DNA of 64,000 bases from a virus, in the IMG/VR virus record IMGVR_UViG_3300026292_000004, positions 1 to 64,000 of that record; one strand, 5' to 3'. Of the stretch, positions 50,501 to 62,500 are shown one piece after another (within the stretch, counting starts at the first letter, position 1; the number at the start of each line of letters is the position of its first letter). The notes under the pieces were generated by a model. That model did no database searches and was not told the DNA's origin. It saw nothing but the letters and a program-made list of their open reading frames with translations. The translations under genes were made by a program, and so were the position numbers.

Positions 50501-53500
50501 GATGCAGTATTAACTGTAGAAGTATCAATTGTATTTCTTGGATAAGTATGAGTTGTTACACCATCTGGTTCAGCGAGAGTAGCATCTTGCTGACACTTGA
50601 AGGATAACTTATCCTGTCCAATCTTAATACCTTGTCCTTTCTTAATTCCGTGGTTATGACCAACAGTAAGAACCATCTCACCTGTATTTGGTGAATAAAC
50701 TGCATTAGTTACATCATGGTTAACTAGAGGTGTTGTACCAACAGGAACAGTAATTGTATTAGCATCTACAACAGTAACATCTAACCACTTGTTAGCAACT
50801 GGATCTGTTGAACGAGGATATGCATGAACAGTTTCATGATGATCCATGTCACATGTAAACTGAAGTGCATCCTCAGCAATCTTAATTCTACTTGTACTTT
50901 CAAGTCCATGACCAGTAATAGTCATCTGAAGAGTACCGTTACCAGGATTATATGTTGCAGCAGTAGGTGTTAATCCTACAGCAGGAACAAACTTATGGGC
51001 AAACTGGTTACCACCAGATCCTACATTTACATTAATAGTAATAGTAGTTGGAGTAACTCCCTTAATATTCAATGCTGCATTATAAGCAGGATCAGTTGAT
51101 CTTGGATACTTATGAGTAGTAGCATAACCATCATTAGAACATGTAAATTCTAAAGATTCTTTTGCTAGTTTAATAGCAGTTCCAACCTTAAGATCGTGAT
51201 TACCAATCTCAAGTACTAAATCACCACCAGTATGATCATATTCAGCATGAGCAACATGGAAATCTTTAAGAGGTGACTTACCAACATTAACTTTGAATAC
51301 TGTAGTACTGTCAACATCTACATCTAACCACTTACCGAAAGTAGGATCACTCTTACGTGGATAGGTCTTATTACCAGAACCCATTGCACAACTAAATGTG
51401 AATGCACCTTCTTCAAATCTTACACGAGCACCGTTAGCAAGACTATGAACACCAGTTGTAGTAACTGACAATTCTCCAGTTGCAGGGTCGTATGTTGTTC
51501 CAGAAGCACCTGTTAGATTAGTTGGTCCACTCCAACCATGATTTTGAATATCAAGAGTTAGAACACCTGTTTCAGGATTGTACTTAGTACCAGCAGTACC
51601 AATACCAACATTCATTGTAATGTCGTTTCCAGCCTTAGTGATTGGAATAGTTCTACTCCAAGTAGCATCTGAGGTTCCTGTTCCTAATGTAGTAAAGATT
51701 GGGTCGGTTGCTCTTGGATATGCATGGTTAGTAGCATTTTGATCAAGATCACAAGTCATTGTTAGTGAACTTACCTTCATGTTAATGAAGTCACTAGCAG
51801 CAAGTGAATCTGTACCATCAGCACCAACAGTAAGAACTAGGTTACCAGTTTCAGCAGTATAAACTGCATTAGTTACTGTATAAGTATTGCCTGTAGCACT
51901 AGCATCTCTGATACCGCCACTAAGAGCAGAAACAAATGCATGGTTACCAGCAACTACTGTATGTTGAGTTTGACCAACAGCAGTAATAGGAATATTTGTG
52001 TTATGTACTGGATCAGTTGATCTTGGATAAGTCTTATTAGTATTCTGACTATCCATGTTACACTGGAATGTCAGAGAGTCAGTATCAATCTTAATAGCAT
52101 TACCAACATTCATATTGTGCTTACCAATATTGAGTGTTAGATTACCATCAGCAGGAGTATATGTAGCAGCAGATACATCATGTCCGACTTCAGGAGAAGC
52201 ACCAACATTAAATGTAACGTTACCATCTTGTCCTAAAAGTCCATGTGGAGCATGAGACTTGAATGTATGATTATAAGCACCACCATTGTATACAACTGCT
52301 CTTGATACACAATTGAATACCGCAGAAACAAATGTATGAACTGTATTATTAGAAGTAATTCCAACGTTAATAGCAAATGTATCTGTAGTGACCTTACCAA
52401 TCTTCATCCACTTACCGCTAAATGGATCGGTCTCTCTTGGATAAGAATGCTGTGTCTTATTATCGTCAGTAGCACAAGTGAATACTAAACCAGCATCAGC
52501 AACCTTGATATATTCACCACTTGCAAATGTATGACCAGCAAGAGTTAGAGTCATCCAACCTGTAGCAGGATCATAATCAGCATCAGTTGGAGTATACTGG
52601 TTGTTAGCATTAACAAATTGATGAGTACTTGTATTGGTTGGAGTAGTACCCTGTAATGCATTAACCTTAATAATACCACTCTGATACTGAAGACCATTAG
52701 CAACAGCACTGTCAAATGAATGAACAGTAGTGTTAGAAGAAACTCCTACGTTACACTTAAAGGTATCAGCATCTACTACCGTTACTGTAATCCACTTACC
52801 ACTTATAGGGTCAGTAGATCTTGGATATGCATGAGTACCACCACCAGCAGTACAAGTAAACACGATTGAACTGTCTACTATTTTAATTCTTTGACCAGAA
52901 ACAAATCCATGAGCAGCAGATGTAATTGTTAATAAACCTGTAGTAGGTTCGTAAGTTGCACCAGTTGCTGTCTTAGCATTAGTTCCAATATCAGTAATCT
53001 TAAGGAACTTATTGTATGCAGGATCAGTTGTTCTTGGATATGACTTATTAGTGATGTAGTTATCACTGTTATGGTTACAAACAAAGTTTAGAGAGTTGTT
53101 TGCAATCTTAACATACTCACCAACAGAGAAGTCATGATCTCCAATAGTAAGTTCTAGAACTCCAGATGCAGGTGTATAAGATGCACCAGTAACACCAAAT
53201 CCTTCAATATTTTCACCAGTACCAGTTTCAATACAGTTATTATCAGCACGAACAAATGTATGTCCAGATGTATTAGAAGATACACCAACGTTAACAGTAA
53301 TCTTACTGTCTCTTCTTATAATACCATTTGCAGCAACTGCTGTACAGTTATGATTAGAAGTGTCTGAAGACTTACCTATTTGAACATCAAAACTATCTGT
53401 AGCAACAGCATCAATACGTAACCATTGACCACTAGCAGGGTCAGTTGGACGTGGATATAGATGATTACTACCGTAACTATCAGTATTACACTGGAAGGTT

Positions 53501-56500
53501 AAGGACTCATCAACAATCTTAACGTATTCACCGACAGTGAAATTATGACCTGTTTGTCCAATTGTTAGAACACCTGTAGTAGGTTCGTAGTCAGTATCTG
53601 ACTGAGCAGCAGTATATGGTGTACCTTCATACTTAATAGGAATTGAAGTATCATATACTTTGTCACGTTTCTGTTGAATACCATCAGCAACACCAGAAAC
53701 AAATGTATGAGTGTAGTTACCACCAGTCTGTACAGCACCAGCAGAAGCAGAAACGAATCTATGCTCTGTCTGATCTGTTGAAGGAGCAGATGGAAGAACC
53801 TGCATACTAATAGTCATGTCCTGACCAGTAACACATCCAGCAGTACAAGATACGAAAGTATGCTCTGTTGCGTTAGTAGAAGGTACAGAAGCAAGAATCT
53901 GAACATCAAATGTATCAGGAGTTCTATTGAATACAGTTAACCACTTACCACTTGATTCATCAGTTGCTCTTGGATAAGAATGTACTGTGTCATGATTGTC
54001 ATGATCACATGTAAAGCTAAGAGCATTGTTTGCAATCTTGATCTTATCACCATTCTGTACAGGATGATCCTTAATAGTTAAGGTTACATGACCTGTATTA
54101 GGATTATAATCAGCAAATGTAGGTGTTAAAACAGCATCGCCAACCGCAGTGATAGCAATGGAAGTGTTGTATGTAGCACTATCATTACCATTATTTCTAG
54201 GATAAGTCTTAGTTGTTGCGTGATTATCGTTGTTATAATCACAAGTAAATGTTAATGAATCCTGAGCAAGTTTAATTGCATCACCCGCAACCATTCCATG
54301 AGTACCAATGGTAAGTTCCATGATACCTGTGGTTGGGTTGTATGCAGCATCAGTTGGTGTATAGTTTACAGCAGGTGACTTACCTACATTAACAGTAAAT
54401 CTTGTTGTACTAGGAACACTCTCAACTTGTAACCACTTATCATATGTTGGGTCAGTCTGACGTGGATATGCCTTATTAGAACTACCACCGTCCATTGTGC
54501 AATTAAATGTGATTGCACCTTCATTAAACTTGATCCAATCACCTACTTGCATACCATGTGTAGCAGCAGTAGTAACATCTAAAACACCAGTTAAAGGAGC
54601 ATAAGTTGAACCAGATGCTGCCTGATGAGTATCAATAGCTGTACGAGGATAAGTATGCTCAGTAGCATTACTATCTAAAGCACAAGTCCAAACTAATGAA
54701 TTGGGTTGAATCTTAATTGTCTGACCAGCAGCAAGACTATGAGTACCAATATCAAGTACCATATCTCCTGTAGTAGGATCATAAGTACCAGCAGAAGGAG
54801 TAAATGTGTATGATAAACTCTTACCTACATTAACTTCAAAACTGTCTGGATTTGAATTAGAAATCTTTAACCAACGACCATTCCAAGGATCAGTTGTTCT
54901 TGGATAGTTATGATCAGTATGATGATCATCTTGATCACATGTGAATACTAATGACTTACCAAGAATCTGAACACTATTACCATCTACAAATTTATGTCCA
55001 GGAACCCATAACTGAAGTATTCCAGTCTCAGGATCATAAGTTGCATTATCTATAGTATGAGATGTAATACCAACTTCTTTAATTGCATTCTTACGTAAGT
55101 ATGATTGATCTTCAAGACGAGGATATGTGTGCTCAGACTTATTACCGTCCATTGCACAAGTAAACTTCAATGAGTTAGCAGTAACACATGCACTACCATT
55201 AGAACGAGTAGAGTTAACTATAAAGTTGTGTGATTTACCAATATCTACTGTAAGATCACCAGATACAGGTTCATAAGTTGCATCAGATGCCTTAAATCCA
55301 TTATACTGAAGAACTGGAGAGTTGTTGATTACTCTCTTAGCAATATCTCTTGCTTCATTAAATACACGAATTGAGAAACTTTCTTTACCCTTAAGGTGAT
55401 CAAGTTTAGCATTATTAACATATAATTTAGCAGCATCATAGGTCTTATTGTTAAAACCATATGTTAGGTTATAAGAAATATTACGAATAATATCTTTTAC
55501 GTCATCCTTACAATCTATAGGACCAGTTCCTGGAGGTGGTTCTGGTGAAATACGATCATATGCTTCAGCAGCAATGAAATCTAAGTTACTATTGATAACA
55601 TCGTAGAATTCCTTACCGTAAGTAATAGGTACTTCAGTATCAGGATGAGGAATGTGTAATTTAACAAACTCTTTATCAGTCTGATAAATTGCTTCATTAG
55701 CAATCAATTCAACGTTGTTTAATATCTCAGTTGAAGCATCAAAGAATCTGAAGGTAGTATCTCCAGTTAAGAACTGATCACCTTCGTTCCATGTAGGTAC
55801 TCCAGACCAATCTTGGAAAGTAGTAGATAGGTTAGCACCATCAAAGTGTACTAAGAGGAGAGTATTAATATCTCCTTGATGCATATAAGTTGCATTAGTA
55901 AAGTTAGTAGTGTAACGCTTATTATTAGATACTCTTAATTCATCAACATATCCTTGGAACTGGTTAGCAGCAGCGTGATCTGCACCAACCTTAATTGGTT
56001 TTGTAGTACCATAATCAGTAGCATTAGACCAAGTAGAACCTACCTGAGTTCCATCTAAGAACATTCTATGATTGTTTCCGTCTCTAGAAACTGCTACATG
56101 ATGCCATGTATTTTGAGTTACAGTACCACCAGTAATTACATCAGCACCACTAACATGGTATTCTAATCCAGTACCATCAAGTCTTATGCAAGGTGATGCT
56201 TCTGAAGCTTGAGTTCTAAAGTCAATTAAATGCTGAGTACCAGTAACACTAGCAGCATAGAACCAACACTCAACTGTCCACTCACCATTTCCAAAACCAA
56301 ATTCAGTTGAAGTTGGAACTGAAACATAAGCAGAACCATTCAAATATAGAGATGCACTACCAAATTTCTTCTGTAGAGTTGCATTAATAGCACCACTTTG
56401 AGCAACAGGAACGTGTAAATCTGTACTACGACGTGCTACCTTACCAAGATAAAGGTATTTACGTGCATAGTTAGTACCAATTACTTGAGCAGTACCATTC

Positions 56501-59500
56501 TCACTACGGATAATATCACCAGTTAAAATTAAACCATCAGGAGTAACTTTAGGTTCATCATATGCAAGTTTGTATAGACGAACTGTTTCTCCATCAATTA
56601 AATCGCCTGAGATGTTAGAGTAGTTAACAATGTGGTTACGAATATCTTCGTCAACTGTAAACGTACCAGCAGCATTATTATACTCTAGAATTAAGTTACT
56701 TACAACTTCAGAATTAGGGAACTTACTATTAAATTCAGTATTCTTATCATTAACATCAGTTAGTTGTAACTGAGTCTGTGAAACATTATCAAGAATAACG
56801 TTCTGGAAATTAATATTAGTAATTCTGTTGAATACTAATCCTTGGAAAGTAGATCCTTCAGAAATAATAACTTGGTTATTTGGTTCATTAGTTACAGGAT
56901 CTCTGTATGCAGAAATACCAATAACTTCAGCAACAATATTACTCTTCTGACCAATGATTATATCACCAATAACAATATCAAATAAACCAGCAGTAGACTG
57001 ATAAGTACCAGCAGTCTTACTTAATAATACAGTATCTCCAATCTCAATAGTTGTTCCAAAGACATTACTATCAGTTTGGTGACCTACAACAGCAGTTCCA
57101 TCAACACCTCTGTTAGCAGTAACAGTGTTACCAACTATAGTTGCCACCTCAAATCTCTCAGAATCAATCTGATAAACTCCACCAGTATTAGCAACAATAG
57201 TAACAGTAGCATCTTGATTACCACCACCACTAATTGTAATTACATCTCCAAGAGCATATCCTGTACCACGTTCCTTAATCTTAGTTGCAGTTATTACTCC
57301 ACTACCATCTGCATCAACAGTAACAGTCATTCCAGTACCAGATCCACCTGATGTAGATACACCATCAATATTATCAATGTATCCAGTACCAGCAGTAGTT
57401 AATGTTACCTTAGAAAGTGCATATCCAGAAGCAACATCAAATGTGTTACCAGATGCAGAAAGACCAGCAGGGATAGTAGTTAGAACCTGACCATTATCAC
57501 CTTCTAGGTTAACTCTTTCAATCTTAGCATTGTCCCCTCTAAGGTTCTCAATATCTTCTTTAAACTGGAATAAGTTAGTATTTGTGATAGGATCAATACT
57601 ATCAACGTTTGCAGTAAATCCTGTAGCAGATGAAGTGATAGCCTCACCTTCATATGTAAGAGTTGTAGCAGGATCATCAACCTGGAAAGGTTGACCAGCA
57701 GTAGTCTTATAATAGAAGTCAACAGTTGTTAAACCAGTAGCAACAACAATTGCCTCATAATCAGTTATAATACCTCTAATAGTACCACCTACAAGTGGGA
57801 AAATACCAGAAATAGTACTTAAATTCGCTCTATAAAGAGTTTTAAACTCTAATGTAGCATTTGAATACTGAACATTAGCAGGAGGTTGAGGTGGTGATGA
57901 GAATACAACATTTGATCCCTGAACAGTAAATGCATCTCCAGGAGACTGTACAATACCATTCAAACTAATTAAGAGTTGATTAGCAGATGCAATAACAGGT
58001 TCTGTTACAACATTACCATCTTGGTTAATATTTTGAACAGTCAATCCAAATGAGATCTTCTCGCCATCAAACTGATCTGAAATATCATTAATCTTCTGAA
58101 CAGTAGAAGTTAGAATCTGCTCGGAAGAAGTCAAATTCTTCTGTCTGAAACGAACCTCAGTGTTATCAAATTCAGTATAAACTGGTTCAACTAGAGTAAA
58201 GTTCTGTAGATTTGGAACAATAGCAGATTCTGCAAGGTTAACTGACTTAGTAAGTTCAAATGCAGTCTCTTTGTTCTCAATAGTTGATTTTTCAACTAAT
58301 CCCAATTCACCAAATACCTTAAATCCAGCAGGGTGAACGTTAGTAATAAGGATGTCTCTCCAGTCAGATATTGAAACAGGAGCCTTAACACTATAGGAGA
58401 AGTCCTGATAGAAATAAGAGTCTTGAATCTTCTGAATGATTTCTGAAGGTTTACCTACATCATCAACGAATCTACCTGGAGTTGTAGTGATAGCACCAAC
58501 TTCTAGGACACCCTTAGCAATACTAAAGTTATCAATTGTACCAGATGCCTTGGAAATAGTACCAGTAACAATCTGATTCTTACTAAATGTACCAGTATAA
58601 TCAACAATCTTAAGAATTCTAGGTCCAATTTGCCAACCATCATTCTCTGAAACGTATCCAGTTGCAGTTGCATTTTCTAATGTATCACCTTGATAGATTA
58701 ATTCACCAGCAAGGAAACGACCAGTAACAACGTTTGCAGTAGCAGCACCACCGAATGAATCTGTTAAAACGACCTGTCTACCAGTACCAGCATTAGTATA
58801 TGAAATATAATCACCAATTGCAGCATTATCTTTAGTAATTGCTAAACGCAATTGATCATTTTCTAGTGAATTACTAATACCAGAAATAGCATAATATGTT
58901 GTATTGGCATTCAATCTACCGAAAGATGAGATTGGTAGTTCTGGATCATCTCCACTACCATCATCATTAGAAGTTAATGTTACAGCAGAACCATTTACAA
59001 TACCATGTGGGAACGAGAATTGTAGTAAATTAAGGTCAAGGTTAACAACATAGTTAAAGGATGACTTCAAAGTTACAGCAGGTTGTGAGGAGTAACCTGC
59101 ACCTGGATCCTTAACTTCAATAGCATCAATACGTCCGTTCTTAATAGATGCCTCAGCAGTTGCTCCTGAACCTCCACCACCAGCAATAATAACAGCAGGA
59201 GGGGTAGCATATCCAGAACCTGGGTCAGTAACAGTAATACTATCCAGTATGTTTGTACTAGTTAACTGAACGTTGACTGGGAATGTGATTTCAGGACGTA
59301 ATGTATAGTCATGAGTATAATCAAAACCGAAGTTGTTGTTCTTAAGTTTCTTAATCTTACCGATCTTATCTGCTTTAACGAAGACAGATGCACCAGTTCC
59401 ATTTGGAGGAATAACAACAGTTAATTCTGCACCAGAACCAGTAAGTCCAGCACCTAAAATACCAGTGATAGACTCAATGTCAATAGTTGCAGTAGTATAA

Positions 59501-62500
59501 TTCTTACCTGGATCAGTAACGATTACCTCAGCAATCTGACCTGGAATGTTGTTACCTTCATCATCCTCACCATCAGCAACAGTAATATTAACCTTACCAC
59601 CTTCTCCATCACCACTAATAGGTACTCCAGTGTATTCTCCTACAGCATATTCAGTACCTGGTTCAGTGATTGCAACTCTTTCAATCTTACGATTGGAGAC
59701 AATTTGTGAAATAACAGGTAACTTCTTGTAGAACCCACCACCATTTACTAGACGGATATCTCCAATTGGTCCAACTGCTTTAGTTGAGAATGTTGTATAT
59801 TTAACTAAACTTGCTTGAGCAGTACCTTCTGGTTCCGAAGTTAATGGGAACTTAAAGATTGTATCACCAGTAGTAATAGTACCACCACTAGTAGAGTATA
59901 TTACGAAATTGCCGTTATATGGTGTAGTTACAACATCCATGTAAGTACCAGCATCAACTGGAGATGTATCACCAGTTTTTGATGGATCAAAGTAATATGA
60001 TATATTTGTTACATCATTATTAATAGAAATCTGAACATAAGGTTCTGGTTGGTTTCCAACCTGATAACCTGGAGTTCCAACACGAGTAATTGAGTTGAAT
60101 GAATATTCTAACTTAAATAGGTTATCCTTAGAGAAGGACATGAAATATCCTTGCAAGGATGTATCACCAAGCATAAACTTATACTTGTGCTGATAATACA
60201 TCTTAAGTACAGGATGCTTGGCATATATGTCAATTGCCGAAGCAGCAACAGGTAAACCAACAGCAACTGCTCGTAAACCAACAATAAATGATCTAGTGCT
60301 TAAAACATTAGTAACATTGAATGATCCATTAAATTCCTCAAGATCATTACCAGAAATTAATAGATTATCTCCAACTTTATGGCGATGTGCTTCAGCAGTA
60401 GTAAAGTAAATCTTATCAGTATTAGCAGCATCATCAAGGATTATAATCTTCTCAAGATTAGTAATTAGAGTAATCTGAGTTACAGCAGTCAATTGATTAG
60501 GTGAAGCACCAATTGTTAACTGAGTTCTATCGGCATTCCAAGAAACAGTATCTGAAGTTGGAGTAATAACACTTCCAACAATATATGGAGATCCAGCAGG
60601 TGCAGTAGCATCAATTCTTACAGTATAATCATTAATACTATATTCCTTAAATCTAGCAGATAATCCACCAGGAATGTCAAATATGAATGTACCTTGTCCA
60701 GCAGTAGCATCATGATCCTGATTAGCAAAGGTTTGTGATGCAATTTCATTAACTTCAGTTCCAGTAGATACAATTTCTCCAGTATCTTCCCAACCTACCC
60801 AATCAGTAGCAGTACCGTAACTTGCAACATATACACCAGTAGAATCACTATCTACAATAGTAGCAGTTCCTATAACCTGCCCACCAGCATTCTTTTGTTG
60901 TAATTGAGATCCAACATTAAAAGTTGCAGGTTGATTGAATGTGAATTTAAGAATATTATCTGCTTGTATAGCATCAACAGTCTGAATATAAAACTTACCC
61001 CAAGTTAGTGGAGTTGCTTTAACCTTTCTACCACCAATAGCAGGTATAGTAGCAGTTCTAGTAGACCATACATCTGTAGTAGATGATATAGTTACAGAGT
61101 CAAGTACAAGAGTTGAGTTTGCATCATTGTAGTCTAGAACCTGTAAACCTTCACCTGCAAGTGTTAATGCTCCTGGATTAATTACCTGATCAGTAACATT
61201 ACTGTAGGTATATGCAGCAGTATTGAATTGCCACGTAGTATTAGTTCCAGTAAAGTCTCCTTGACGACTAGTATCAACATTCTTATCAGTCTTAAGTATT
61301 AAACTGCAATCAACAGCGTAAGTATATTTCTGGAGATAAGTATTAAAATCAGCAGTAGTAGAAGGAACTATAACCTGTATTACACGGTCAGTAATCTTAA
61401 ATCCATCAACATTAAATGATCCAGCAGTGGTAACAGTCAATCCTGAAGAAGCACTCTGCCAATTAGGTGAGTTACCCATGTAAATCTTAGCAGTAGTTGC
61501 AATATTGCTATTTCCTGGAAGAGTTCCTGTACCTACTTGAGTTCCATTAGCATATACAGTATAGACATTACCATTCTTAGTTAATGCAATATGAACATAA
61601 CCAACGTTGTTAATAAGAACATTATCAACACTAGCAATAGCACCAGCAGTTCTTTGAGTAGTAGCAGAAGCATACATCTCAATCCGCTTATTACTACGGT
61701 TTAACATGACCGTAATACCTGGTTCATTACCATGTCCTACACCAAATAGGATATGGTGACTAGATCCAGCAGTACCTAATCTAGTATCTTGCTGATCATT
61801 AGATTCATCAACTGAGAAGAATCCTTCAATTGTCCAATTACCATTAACATCAAATGAATCCTTGAATCCCCAAATACCTGTATTATTGCCTGGTTCTAGT
61901 TCAAAGTGAGTATCTGCCCATGCAGATCCATCCCAAGCATCAATCATCAAACCACCAGTACTACCCTTACCATTAGGAGCACCACTAGTAATATTAGAAC
62001 CTTTATAGTAATCTCCAATAAGATTTCTATTAGTAATGTTACCTGTTGTATCTACAGGTTCAGTTTCACTAGTTTGTTCAAAGTTAAAGAGTCCAATGAC
62101 TTCATTACGGAATGCTTGTCCTACAAAAATTGGGTCACCAGAAGCATCTGAAACAAAATCGTTAATTTCAAATCCAACTATATTTCTAGTAAATTTAACT
62201 ACATTAGTAGAAATTAAAGTACCATCATACTTAATCTTGGTAATTTCACTTTGCTTACGATATGCATCATACTCAGCAGTAGATTCGTTAACCTCATAGT
62301 TACATGCAACGTTATACTGTCCGAATACATCAATATTACCACCAATTGCCTTTAAATTTCTCCAAGTAGTTCCTCCAGTAGGAGTCCAACGCTTACCCCA
62401 AACAACAGTGTCACTAGTAGTTACTTTAGTAACAATTATTGAATTTGAGTTAGATGCAGAGTATGCAGTACCAGAAACATAGAAATCTCCAAATTCGTCA

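Noticed and set aside
45076-55305. Possibility that the scrambled repeat order is an assembly artefact, or a diversity-generating retroelement or invertible system
   Set aside because: The units are highly diverged at DNA level, the frame is intact and the nesting is balanced. No reverse transcriptase, recombinase or adenine-specific TR/VR pair is visible.
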